From an uncultured delta proteobacterium (GTDB taxonomy: Bacteria; Myxococcota_A; Polyangia; Polyangiales; Polyangiaceae), in assembly GCA_963841435.1 (NCBI GenBank), contig CAWJCS010000005.1, positions 192,001 to 256,000 on the forward strand: a DNA stretch of 64,000 bases, given 5' to 3'. Positions 41,826 to 51,806 of the stretch are shown here, one piece after another. The translations under genes and the position numbers were made by a program. The first letter of the stretch is position 1, and each line of letters starts with the position of its first letter. The notes beneath the pieces are model-generated. The model saw nothing but the letters and a program-made list of their open reading frames with translations. It ran no database searches and was not told where the DNA came from.

Positions 41826-43664
41826 TTGATCTTCGACAGACCCCGTGAGCTCTCACCGGCCGGGCGCGCCCGCCGCGTCGTCCGCGTCGTCCCCGTCGTC
41901 GCATCGCTCCTGTTCGTCCTGCCCGCGTGCGCGTCGAACCCCGATAGCCCCTTCAGCAACGCCGGCACCGGCGGAGCGCCCGCCTCGGGCGGCACCGGGG
42001 GCAGCGCCGGCACGTTGCCGGGCGGCGCGGGCGCGGGCGCAGGGGGGTCGAGCGGTGCCACGGCGGGCACCCCGGGAGTTGGCGGCTCGGCCGGAGTCGT
42101 CGAGACGGGCGGCACCGCCGGCGTGAGCGGCGGAACGGCGGGCGAAGGCGCCAGCGGCCTCACGGGGGGCAGTGCCGGCACGGCGGGCGAAATCGGAGCG
42201 GGCGGGCTGTCCGGCGCGGCGGGCGGCGCGGGTGATGCCGGAGCGGCGGGTCTCGGTGCAGGCGGCTCGGCGGGCGGCGGTGGCGTCAGTGCAGGCGGCT
42301 CGGCCGGCATGTCCGGCAGCGCCGGCACGGCGGGTGCGGCGGGCGGCGGCGCGCTCGGCCCCGATCTCACGGACGTGGGCCCCTTCACGCCCGCGACGTG
42401 CACCATCACCCCCACGGTGATGACGGCGAGCGCCATGCCGCTCGTCGGCGTCGCCACGTTCACCACGGACCTCGCGGGCGCCGAGCGCGCCATCGTCCAA
42501 TTCGGCAAAACGGCGACGTACACGCTCGAAGCGCCCGTCAACTGGGCCGAGGCTTCGCACCGCACGCTGATCCTCGGCATGCCCGCCAACACCGACGTGC
42601 ACTACCGCGTCGTCGTGTTCCAGGGGAGCACCGCCTGCATCGGCCCCGACGCCACGTACCACACGGGCGAAAACGTGAGCGGCGCCCCCGGAAACCAGAC
42701 ACCCACGAAGGGCACGAGCAGCGCGTCCCCCGCGCCCGGCTTCATCATCGCCGAGAACGGCAACTTCTCGTACATCATCGACAACCAGGGAGAGGTCGTG
42801 TGGGCGCACCGCTTCCCGATCAGCCTCACGCGCTCGCTCATGTCGTGGGACGGCATGTACATGTACGGTCGCGACGTGGGGCCGTTCAACGCATCGAGCG
42901 GCGGCAACGTCTACCGCGTCGCCATGGACGGCTCGGGCGAAACGAAGCTCAGCCTGAACGGCGGCACGCACCACGACCTCGTCGCCATCCCCACGGGCAT
43001 CGCCTACCCCGCGAAGCAAACGGCGGGCGCGTGTGACTGCATCTACACGGCGGGCCCCGACGGCTCGGGCTCGAAGTGCCTGGTAGACCTCGACATCGTG
43101 TTCGGCAAGTTCGCCATCGGCCCCGGCGGCCAGGCCATGGAAAAGTGCCACGTCAACGCGATCCGCTACTACAAGGACACGCAAAGCTACTCCGTCTCCG
43201 ACCGCGAAAAAGACGCCATCGCCTTCATCTCGAGCACGGGTGAGGTGCTCGGCTCCATCGGCGCCACACCGACCGGCACCACCCCGAACCACGCGAAGGC
43301 CGAAGGCGCCGACTCGACGACGAGCTCGACCTGGCGCGTCCAGCACGGCCACGACCAATACGAGCCCCACAAGATCGTGCTCTGGTCGAACGGCAACTTC
43401 AGCGGCGGCTCGTCGAAGGTGCTCCACTACACCATCAACGGCTCCACCGCGACGCTCGACTGGCAGTACACGGCCACCGGCAACTCACCCACCTTCAGCG
43501 ACGCCCAGCACCTACCGAACGGCAATTTTCTCGCAACGAACAGCGGAAGCGGCGCCGTCCACGAATTTGACGCCACCCAAAAGCTCGTCCAGTCCTTCAG
43601 CGCCCTGAGCCGCGGCTACTCCTGCCACCGCCCCACACTCTACGGCCCTCCGCCCGGTCGCTAA
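41826..43664 (+). CDS. Arylsulfotransferase-like beta-propeller lipoprotein
   Basis: LPAC lipobox, Gly linker, then THHD, CHVNAI, VQHGH and DAQHLPNGN motifs. Confidence 0.7.
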   Translation: MIFDRPRELSPAGRARRVVRVVPVVASLLFVLPACASNPDSPFSNAGTGGAPASGGTGGSAGTLPGGAGAGAGGSSGATAGTPGVGGSAGVVETGGTAGVSGGTAGEGASGLTGGSAGTAGEIGAGGLSGAAGGAGDAGAAGLGAGGSAGGGGVSAGGSAGMSGSAGTAGAAGGGALGPDLTDVGPFTPATCTITPTVMTASAMPLVGVATFTTDLAGAERAIVQFGKTATYTLEAPVNWAEASHRTLILGMPANTDVHYRVVVFQGSTACIGPDATYHTGENVSGAPGNQTPTKGTSSASPAPGFIIAENGNFSYIIDNQGEVVWAHRFPISLTRSLMSWDGMYMYGRDVGPFNASSGGNVYRVAMDGSGETKLSLNGGTHHDLVAIPTGIAYPAKQTAGACDCIYTAGPDGSGSKCLVDLDIVFGKFAIGPGGQAMEKCHVNAIRYYKDTQSYSVSDREKDAIAFISSTGEVLGSIGATPTGTTPNHAKAEGADSTTSSTWRVQHGHDQYEPHKIVLWSNGNFSGGSSKVLHYTINGSTATLDWQYTATGNSPTFSDAQHLPNGNFLATNSGSGAVHEFDATQKLVQSFSALSRGYSCHRPTLYGPPPGR

Positions 43665-43887
43665 GCGCGCCCCTTCGCCGCGTCGCAGTCTTCTTTGGAT
43701 TGAGGGGCGACCCCCGCGCGTCTCAGCAGCCGGCGCCGTCGCGCGCCGTTCCACCGCGCACTTGCGACGTCCCTGCACCCGTCGGTGGGCGATGGCGAAC
43801 TCGTGGACCGCGGCGACGGCTGGTTCACCTGACAAACGCGAGTGTTGCAGCCGACGTGGCCCACTTTCCCTCGGACCGTTCGGAGGT

Positions 43888-44541
43888 TCAGGGCTCGACG
43901 GGTGGCGTACGGTAGAACAGCAGCCCCAGCTGCGCCGCCGCAACCAAAAATACGCCAACGTAGCCGACGATCCCGATATTGCGCACCCGCATGTCGCCGA
44001 GCGCCACTCCCGCCAGTCCTGCCAGTGCGAGGGTGCCCGCAGTCAGAAGCGAGCGCCGAATCCATAGCGAGAGTCCGCTGCCCCGGAACGCCGGCGCCGC
44101 GAAAAACATGGCCAGCGGGAAGAACACGTCCCACCCCAGGATATCGACGGCATAGGCCAATGAAGGCCACTTGAAGCCGAACACCAACGCCTGCCAGGGT
44201 TGTGCAACGAAAGCGGGCTGGCGGCTCACGCTCAGGGTCACGAAATGCAGGCAAGAGGTGAGCCCTGCCAAAAGACTCATGAAGACCAGCGCCACGAGCG
44301 TCAGCGATTTTGCATCCACGGGTGCCCAGGCGTGGACTGCCACCATCAGCGATACCATCGCTGGCATCATCAACAGGATCAGCATCTCGAGTAGCGAAAA
44401 CATGGGGTCGCCGATCGGTTGCTGCGGCGACTCCAGAGACATGAAGCCGATCGTCAACGTGACCGCGTACGCGAGCCCCAGCGCGACGCAGGCTCCGGCA
44501 GAGGACATGCCAAGTCGGCGCGCTATCGGCGAAAAGGTCAT
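43888..44541 (-). CDS. Hypothetical 6-TM membrane protein
   Basis: Hydrophobic ORF with WPSLAYAVDILGWDVFF; less GC-biased codons than the flanks. Confidence 0.75.
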   Translation of the reverse strand: MTFSPIARRLGMSSAGACVALGLAYAVTLTIGFMSLESPQQPIGDPMFSLLEMLILLMMPAMVSLMVAVHAWAPVDAKSLTLVALVFMSLLAGLTSCLHFVTLSVSRQPAFVAQPWQALVFGFKWPSLAYAVDILGWDVFFPLAMFFAAPAFRGSGLSLWIRRSLLTAGTLALAGLAGVALGDMRVRNIGIVGYVGVFLVAAAQLGLLFYRTPPVEP

Positions 44542-44551
44542 CGACGTTGGA

Positions 44552-45517
44552 CTACGGTTGGGGCTGGGGCGAGGAGTGCACGACGGTCAGCAGCGGCAGC
44601 GTAGAAAACGGTAGGTTGAACACCTCGAACGCGCCGTGACCCAGGCTGCGACCCAAACGCGCGGCGGGCGACGGCCGGCCCGCGAGCGCTGCATCGAGCA
44701 CCGCTTGCAGGTCGAGCGTGACGCCAATCAGCACGCGCTGCTCGCGCCGCGCGACACTGTCGGACACCGGTGCGGGCTTGTAGTTGCGCGAGGCAAAGCC
44801 GAGAACTGGATTGACGAACTGGAGCCAATCTAGCGGCATTGGTGCCCTTCGAAGGGCTGCGATAGAGCGTGGCTTGTAGGCCAGCAGATAGGTCTGGCCC
44901 GAGTAGTCTTCGGCAAAGTCCGCGCTCGGCGTGCTTCTAAAGGCTCGGCTCGGGAACCACTCGACCCGAAGATCGATCGCGTCATCCAGCGCTTGCCAGT
45001 TGCTCATCGCCACGGCGGTGAGGGCACCGAAAGCATTCGCGGTCATGTCGCCTGGCGAAAACTCGGTGTAGTAGCCGTCGTTGACTTCGACCATCAGGAA
45101 CGCTCCGAGGCAAATGCCCGAAGCGATCAAGCTCGACGACCCGCGACTCCAACCGCCCAGCCGCAAGATCTCCGTGCCCAAGCGTGACAGCGCCAGGTTG
45201 GTCCACACGTGACCTAGCTTGTCGGCACCGCCCGCGTAGGTCTGAGCACCGAACCAGCCATCACCGCCGAAGCGCCACTCGGGGAGCTTCGGCTGGTCCT
45301 TGTACCAGGCGAACCACATCCAGGTGCCGAGCGTCACGTAGCCGCCCGCCAGTCCCAGCACCGAGACCAGCCGAAGGTCCGCGTTCGGGCGGCTAGCGGC
45401 GAGCATGGACGGGCCGATCGCCGCCGCGAGGGGTTGCCCGGTCGGAGCCGGCGGGGTGGTGGGTCCGCCGAGCGCCGCGCCGAGCGCCAGCACGGTGGCG
45501 CTCTGGAGCATGATCAT
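44552..45517 (-). CDS. DUF2279/YfiM-like exported protein
   Basis: GGADKLGH, VEVNDG…FSPGDMTANAFG, DYSGQTY. Confidence 0.72.
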   Translation of the reverse strand: MIMLQSATVLALGAALGGPTTPPAPTGQPLAAAIGPSMLAASRPNADLRLVSVLGLAGGYVTLGTWMWFAWYKDQPKLPEWRFGGDGWFGAQTYAGGADKLGHVWTNLALSRLGTEILRLGGWSRGSSSLIASGICLGAFLMVEVNDGYYTEFSPGDMTANAFGALTAVAMSNWQALDDAIDLRVEWFPSRAFRSTPSADFAEDYSGQTYLLAYKPRSIAALRRAPMPLDWLQFVNPVLGFASRNYKPAPVSDSVARREQRVLIGVTLDLQAVLDAALAGRPSPAARLGRSLGHGAFEVFNLPFSTLPLLTVVHSSPQPQP

Positions 45518-45590
45518 CCCTAACGCAGCGAACGGGGCCGTTCAACGGCGCGGATGCGGGCGCTGCCGAACGGCGGTACCTTGGGCACAC

Positions 45591-45935
45591 GTGACCCACA
45601 CGCTCGAAGACGAAATTCGCGAGGTCGAGCAACAGCTGCTGACGCCTTCCGTTCGAGCGTCCGCCGATACCCTCGATCGTCTGATCTCGGATCAATTCGT
45701 GGAATTCGGTAACTCGGGGCGCGTTTACACCAAGCCCGATGTCATCGCCCTCTTGTTGGCGGAGCCGACGGTCACGACGGTTGTCACTGATTTCCGCGTT
45801 CTCGCCGTCACCGCAGAGGTCGCCCTTGCGACGTATCGGACCCCGAGATCCCGCCGGAGCTCTCTCTGGCGACGCGAAGGGAAAGCCTGGCGAATCGTCT
45901 TTCACCAGGGCACACCGACAACCACCGAAATCTGA
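45591..45935 (+). CDS. DUF4440/NTF2-like protein
   Basis: LL.P.VR…FVEFGNSG…RSSLW…WRIVFHQGT. Confidence 0.8.
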   Translation: MTHTLEDEIREVEQQLLTPSVRASADTLDRLISDQFVEFGNSGRVYTKPDVIALLLAEPTVTTVVTDFRVLAVTAEVALATYRTPRSRRSSLWRREGKAWRIVFHQGTPTTTEI

Positions 45936-45959
45936 AACCGTCGGGTGAAGTGATACCGC

Positions 45960-46433
45960 ATGCTTGACCGCGAACCTCACCGCGCTGGTTCCGGCGAGTC
46001 GCCAACCCGGCAGGGCGCCCGCGAGCGGCTCGGCAGAGCGCTCCACTGGCTCGGGTTGGCAATGGTCTCCGCTCCGTTCGTCCTGACGCTCGTTTGGATT
46101 GTCGCCGAGCGTGTCCTCGGGTGGATACCGGGGGAGCTGCCGATCGCGGCGTTTGGCGTGGTACCGGTCCTGTTCGGCGCAATCGGCGCTCTGCCGTTTT
46201 TTCTCCTCGTCCCGTGGTTGAACGCCCGGATCCCGTGGTTCGATCGAAGTCTGTCGGGCGCGCTTGCCCTCTCGGTCCTACTCTCCATTCCGGCGGCACT
46301 GACCCCTCTGGTCGTCTGGAGAGGCTTTGCCCCGTTGGCGCCCGTGTGGATCGTCGCCCTCGGCTCGATCGCCGTGCCTCGCCTCGTTGCGAAGTCGCTG
46401 CGCCGCGGTGCATTCTCCGCAAGCCCGCAGTGA
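45960..46433 (+). CDS. Hypothetical membrane protein
   Basis: About four hydrophobic segments; stop overlaps the next ATG. Confidence 0.5.
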   Translation: MLDREPHRAGSGESPTRQGARERLGRALHWLGLAMVSAPFVLTLVWIVAERVLGWIPGELPIAAFGVVPVLFGAIGALPFFLLVPWLNARIPWFDRSLSGALALSVLLSIPAALTPLVVWRGFAPLAPVWIVALGSIAVPRLVAKSLRRGAFSASPQ

Positions 46434-47042
46434 TGGACGGCACCGCCTGGTCTCCGCTCGAGCGGCTCGGGGCCGCGGGCGGCACGCTCTACATCGGGGT
46501 CTGCCTCGGCGCAGCGATCTATGCTTTCCCACTCTCCGGAGGCTCCGCTCCGACTCTCGTCGGTAGGCAAGGCGGCTGGCTGCAGGGGCTCGAGGCGGAC
46601 GCCGACGCCGTCTACTGGGCGCACGATCCCACGCCGGGTTTGCTTCGGGGAGGCATCGAGCGTCGCGACGTGAGCGCTGGCCCGGAGGAGCTCATCGTCG
46701 CCGAGGGAACCATTTCTGGCCTCGCGCTCGATCGGGGAGAATTGTTCTGGACACGACGTGCGAGCGACGAGAGCGGAGCAATCCTCACCGCGACGACAAC
46801 AGGACAGAGCTTGCGCTTCCTCGCGAAGGTACCTGCCGTGGCCTTCGCCGTGGACGAGAGGCGAGAACGCCGTTTACTATCCGCGCGGGCGCGAGATCAT
46901 CGCCCGCCGCAACGAACGAGCGACGGTGCTCGGGCGCATCGAAGGCACGGTGGGCGGCATGGTCGAAGCCGACGGCTGGCTATACGTCGCCGACTTCAAC
47001 GAACGCACGATCTATCGCACACCCATCCCAGCGGTGCCGTGA
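46433..47042 (+). CDS. Beta-propeller-like fragment (AVYW/LFW repeats); frameshift near 46860, possibly a pseudogene
   Basis: ADADAVYW, LALDRGELFW, DGWLYVAD units; no signal peptide. Confidence 0.45.
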
Positions 47043-47320
47043 GCACGGCAACCGGTGCGGCGTCGTGAGCAACGACTCAGCCCCAGGACGACGCATGCGG
47101 GTCGCGGTCGCCGGCGTACGGGCTTCGGCGCTCGGAGTGACCAAATCTGGCGCTCAAAATTGCATCTTCGAGGCAACGGCGTCCGACAAACTGGGAAAAT
47201 GGGGGCCCGGCGCCAAAGCGGTGCGTGGGAGATCAACCGGGGCTCGCGCCGGAATATTATGCTGGGTCACCCGACGTACGATCCCGACCACTACGAACCC
47301 CGGAATCACAGAGAGCATCG

Positions 47321-48954
47321 ATGCGAGCATTCCTCAAAACCTTCGTCCCCATGAGCATCCTCTTCGCTGCGGTGGGTTGCGGCACTCAAAATGATCAGAG
47401 CCCCGGTTCGGGCGGGTCCGGCGCTGTCGGCAACATGGGTTCCGGCGGCACGACGAGCGGCGGCACGACGAGCGGCGGCACGTCAGCGGGCGGAGGCCAG
47501 ACGAGCGGTGGCGCGGGCGGCACGCTGATGACGGGAGGCTCGGCGGGCGTCGGCGGCTCGTCGGGAACAGGAGGCGCGATGACGGGTGGCACTTCGGGTG
47601 GCGGCAGCTCAGCGGGCGGCAGCGGCGCGGCAGGGCTCGGTGGCGGCGGCGCGTCGGGCGGCACGGACTCCGGGGGCGCCGGCCAGGGCGGCGCAGCGGG
47701 AAGCATGGCGGGTGCCGGCGGCGCCAGCGGCGGCGCAGCAGGCGCCACCGGCGGCGATGCGGGCATCGCCGGCATCGGCGGCGGCGCAGCGGGGACGCGG
47801 GGACCGCGGGGACCGGCGGCTCGGGCGCCACGAAGTGGGTCGCCACGTGGGGCGCCTCCCCCTACTACGACTCGGGCAACCAACCGCCCGCCTCGCTCTC
47901 GAACGCCGTGCTGCGTCAGGTCGTCCACGTATCGCTCGGCGGCAGCCAGCTCCGCGTGCAGTTCTCGAATCTACAGGGCAACGGCTCCGTCACCATCAAC
48001 TCCGCGCACATCGCGCTCTGCACGGCCACACCCGCCGTCGACAGCACCATCGACATGGCGACGGACAAGGCACTCGCGTTCAGCGGCATGCCCAACGTCA
48101 CCATCGCGCAGGGCATGGAAGTGTGGTCCGACGCCATCGACTTCACCGTCGCCCCGCTCGGCAACATCACGATCACCACGGCCTTCGGCAACGTCCCGAG
48201 CCAGGTCGTCGGCCACTCGGGGTCACGCACCACGTCGTACCTCCAAACCGGCAGCAGCAACGTCAGCGCGGCCAATATGTCGTCCGCGACGAAGTTCCAG
48301 CACTGGTACTACATCGCCGGCATGGAGGTCATGGCGCCCGAGTCGGCCGTCGTCGCCGTCGCCATCGGCGACTCCATCACGGACGGCCGCGGCACGGACG
48401 ACGACCACAACAACCGCTGGACGGACATCCTCGCCGCGCGCCTGCAGGCGAACGCCGCCACGAAAAACGTCGGCATGATCAATCAAGGCATCGGCGCCAC
48501 CAACCTGGTCGGCAACAGCGGCACCGCCGCCCAGGCCCGCTTCAACCGCGACGTGCTCGGCATGGCGGGCGTCAAATACGCCATCGTCCTCGACGGCGTG
48601 AACGACATCGCCGGCAACGCCTCCTACAACTCCCTGAAGGCCGCCTACGACGACCTGATCGCCAAAGCCCACGCCAAGAACGTCCTCATCTACGGCGGCA
48701 CCATCACCCCCTTCGGCGCCAACAGCTACTACAGCACCTCCCACGAAAGCGTCCGCCAGCAGGTCAACACGTACGTGAAGAGCGGCGCCTTCGACGGCTT
48801 CATCGACTTCGACGCCGCGGTCACCGACGGCGGCAACCCCCCGAAGCTGAAGGCCGAGTACGCGACGTGGGCGCAAGAAGACGGATTGCACCCGGGTCCG
48901 GCGGGGTACCAGGCGATGGGGGACGCTGCGGACCTCATGTTGTTCACGAAGTAG
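47321..48954 (+). CDS. SGNH/GDSL hydrolase lipoprotein; frameshift near 47800
   Basis: AVGC lipobox, Gly linker, KWVATWG, GDSITDG, GVNDI, DGLHP. Confidence 0.88.
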
Positions 48955-49144
48955 GTGCCTCCACTCGCTGGTGCTCGGCGGCAGTGCGTGCGGTGAGTGA
49001 ACGGCACTGAGCGGCGGGGCCGCCTGCGCGCCTGCGGTCTCCTCCAAGCGTCCGTCCTCGCGGAGCTGCGGGCGGCCGCGGAGGAGACGACGCGGGGTGC
49101 GGCGGGGTGACGCGACGTGTTCGGTGACGGGCGGCGGCGCGGGG

Positions 49145-49182
49145 TTGCAGGGGTGAGCAGCATGTGATTACATTGTGATCAC
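49145..49182 (+). promoter_or_regulatory. Sigma70 promoter with overlapping antitoxin operator
   Basis: TTGCAG-N18-TACATT; near-palindrome GTGATTACA-T-TGTGATCAC (49164-49182) just before the ATG. Confidence 0.7.
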
Positions 49183-49183
49183 C

Positions 49184-49429
49184 ATGAAGGCTCGGCTCGT
49201 TCGCATCGGCAATTCTCGCGGGGTTAGACTCCCAAAGGCCGTCATCGACCAGGCGGAGCTGGATGACGTTGTCGAGCTCGAGGTAGAGAACCAACGCGTC
49301 ATCATCTCCGCAAGCCACCCGCGGCGGCACGGTTGGACCGAGGCGGCTCGGGACCTCGCTGCTACCTCGCGTGGTCTTTTGGACCCGCTGACGCCGACGC
49401 GTTTTGATGAGTCAGAATGGCGTTGGTGA
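49184..49429 (+). CDS. mazE: AbrB/MazE-type antitoxin
   Basis: MKARLVRIGNSRGVRLPK. Confidence 0.88.
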   Translation: MKARLVRIGNSRGVRLPKAVIDQAELDDVVELEVENQRVIISASHPRRHGWTEAARDLAATSRGLLDPLTPTRFDESEWRW

Positions 49430-49758
49430 AGGCACGGTTTCCGAGGCGGGGCGACGTTCATCTGGTCGGCCTCGACCCGACGCGGGGTCGTGAGATCAAG
49501 AAGACGCGCCCGTGCGTCGTGGTCTCGCCCGACGAACTGAATGCACATCTCCAGACCGTCCTCGTTGCACCATTGACATCCGCGGGAGGGCCCTACCCGT
49601 TCCGCATTTCCTGTCGGTTCCAAGGCAAGTCCGGCTTCATCGTACTCGACCAGATTCGCACCGTCGATCGCGAGCGCCTCGCGCGTCGGCTGGGCTCCCT
49701 ATCGGAGCGCGAGTTCAACGGGGTCTTGGGCGTGCTTCGGGAGATGTTCGAGGCCTGA
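49417..49758 (+). CDS. mazF: PemK/MazF-type toxin
   Basis: RGDVHLVGLDPTRGREIKKTRPCVVVSPD, DQIRTVD; overlaps the antitoxin. Confidence 0.9.
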   Translation: MALVKARFPRRGDVHLVGLDPTRGREIKKTRPCVVVSPDELNAHLQTVLVAPLTSAGGPYPFRISCRFQGKSGFIVLDQIRTVDRERLARRLGSLSEREFNGVLGVLREMFEA

Positions 49759-49777
49759 GCTTCCCGCAGCGCACGCT

Positions 49778-49830
49778 GGCCAACAAGGCGTTGCAACTGA
49801 CGAGCTTGGTCGGTCGAGCTCCGGCGACCG
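49778..49830 (+). mobile_element. attC-like left half (remnant)
   Basis: GGCCAAC-AAGGCG-TTGCAACTGACG resembles the R''/L'' arm of integron attC sites; no matching right arm was found. Confidence 0.35.
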
Positions 49831-50100
49831 TTTCGGCGTGTACATCCATCCCTACAAATCGCGCGAGCTTGCACACAGGTGCCGACTTGTCATCGCGCTT
49901 ACGAATTCAGCCTGCAACGTGACGCGAGAACCAAAGCGGTACCCTGGCGCGAACCTCGCGTGGCAGCGGTTCGTGGAGTCCAACTCTGACTCGCGGGCCC
50001 GTTATCGGGGCAGTCCCTTTCTCGGCCCCTGAAACGCCTCGCCTTCTTGTCGGGCTCAGGGCATTGCGCGCTGGGCGCGCTTTTCGTAAAACCTCACGCC

Positions 50101-50655
50101 ATGGGCCTCCTCACCTTCGGTCTCAACGTGACCTTGGACGGGTGCATCGATCACACCCAGGCGATCGCGGACGACGAGCTGCACGACTATTGGACCAAGC
50201 TCATGGATCAGAGCGGGGCGATGCTCTTCGGGCGCAACACCTACGAGCTGATGGAGGGAGCCTGGCCCGCGGTGGCACGCGACGAAAAGGCGCCGCGCGC
50301 GATGCGCGAGTGGGCACAGAAGCTCGAGGCGAAGGCGAAGTACGTCGTGTCGGGCTCGCGGAGCGACTTTCCGTGGCAGAACACGATCAAGGTGGAGGGT
50401 GACCTTCGCGAGGCGGTCTCGGCGCTGAAAGCGAAGACCGAGCGGGGTGTCCTCGTCGGAGCGCCCAAGCTCTCGGCTGCGCTCGAGGAGTTGGGGCTCA
50501 TCGACGAGTACCGTATCGTCGTTCATCCCGTCATCAGTGGCCGCGGGCCGACGTTGTTTCATGGCCTGTCGAGTGCGCGGCATCTCGAGCTCCTATCGAC
50601 GCAGCGGTTCAAGTCCGGCGTGCAGGCGCTCCACTTCCGTCGCAAAGCGGGATGA
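50101..50655 (+). CDS. Dihydrofolate reductase/RibD C-terminal family protein
   Basis: NVTLDG, LFGRNTYELM, LIDEYRIVVHPVISGRGPTLF. Confidence 0.88.
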   Translation: MGLLTFGLNVTLDGCIDHTQAIADDELHDYWTKLMDQSGAMLFGRNTYELMEGAWPAVARDEKAPRAMREWAQKLEAKAKYVVSGSRSDFPWQNTIKVEGDLREAVSALKAKTERGVLVGAPKLSAALEELGLIDEYRIVVHPVISGRGPTLFHGLSSARHLELLSTQRFKSGVQALHFRRKAG

Positions 50656-50727
50656 GCTCGGGACCCGAGCGCTTAGTGGGTTGCAACGAGCACGGGGCCG
50701 GGCCGCGTGGCCGTCTGCCCGGTCACC

Positions 50728-51465
50728 CTACGGCACGGGGCCGCACACTGCGCAGGCCCAATTCTCGTGCGCGAGATCGAAACTACACGTCGCGCCGCCC
50801 GTGCAGTCCGAATCGTCGAGGCAGGTGTCGTTCGGCGTGTGACAATAGTAGGCGTGTCCGCAGCTGTCGCCGCACGCGCAGCTATCCGGCGGATCACAAG
50901 GCGAACCGACCGTTTCACAGTAGTCCACGCTCCTGCAGGCGCAGACCTCGCCGAGGTGGCTCGGCGAACAGTAGCCGCCTACGCCGCAGTCGGAGTCGAT
51001 GCGACAATTGCCGCTGGCGACGCAGCGATTGGCCCTGACGTCGGTCGGCGAGGCCCGGCACTCACAGGGTTCATCGTCGGGACAGTCGGCATCCGTCGCG
51101 CATTCGTCGTACGAGCAGGCGACGAGACATCCGACGCGAAAGCGCAGGCAGCGACCCTGCGTCCCGTCGGTGCAATCACCATCCTGCTCACACTCGCGTG
51201 TCGGACTCCCGGTGCACTCCTCGGGCGCGGGCTCGGAGCTGCCTCGCTCTTGGGGACAAGCATCGGGCGAAGCCGCGCGGTGATGCGCGGGGGCACGCCC
51301 GCTGCCGGCATTGCCGCCTCCTCCGGCTCCGGTACCCGCGCTCCCAACCGATCCTCCCGCGCCGGAACCGTCGCCCCGGATGGATCGCGACTCACCGCCG
51401 CAGGCGATCACGACGAGGAAGCCTGCACCCACGAAGACGAACCGCACCGTCTTCCAGGATACCAC
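50728..51465 (-). CDS. Cys-rich lipoprotein
   Basis: VIAC lipobox, Gly linker, repeated C..D.DC units. Confidence 0.7.
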   Translation of the reverse strand: MVSWKTVRFVFVGAGFLVVIACGGESRSIRGDGSGAGGSVGSAGTGAGGGGNAGSGRAPAHHRAASPDACPQERGSSEPAPEECTGSPTRECEQDGDCTDGTQGRCLRFRVGCLVACSYDECATDADCPDDEPCECRASPTDVRANRCVASGNCRIDSDCGVGGYCSPSHLGEVCACRSVDYCETVGSPCDPPDSCACGDSCGHAYYCHTPNDTCLDDSDCTGGATCSFDLAHENWACAVCGPVP

Positions 51466-51806
51466 TCCCGAAGCGGGCGGTCCGCCCCGCTCGAAGCACC
51501 GCCTCCGCCCGAAGAAGTGTGGGCGTTCCTGTCCCAGTTCTAGCGTCCCGAGTGCGGCATCCGCGCCGTTCCCGTCGTGTGCCGCTGCGCCTGACTGATG
51601 CTCGGGCCACGCAGCCGTAGGCAAGCCGACGATTGCCACGTCACCGAACAGAAGACGCTCGCGTTCGTGCTCGACCCTGCCACGGCGGATTGAGCGAGGT
51701 TTCCCGCACGTTCGGCGGGCTCGCGCTCCGGGCCGTTCGGGGGACTCACGCTCCGCGGCGACCTGTCGCCGTGCCGACACGAAGCCGCGCTATCCTCGGC
51801 GTTCTC

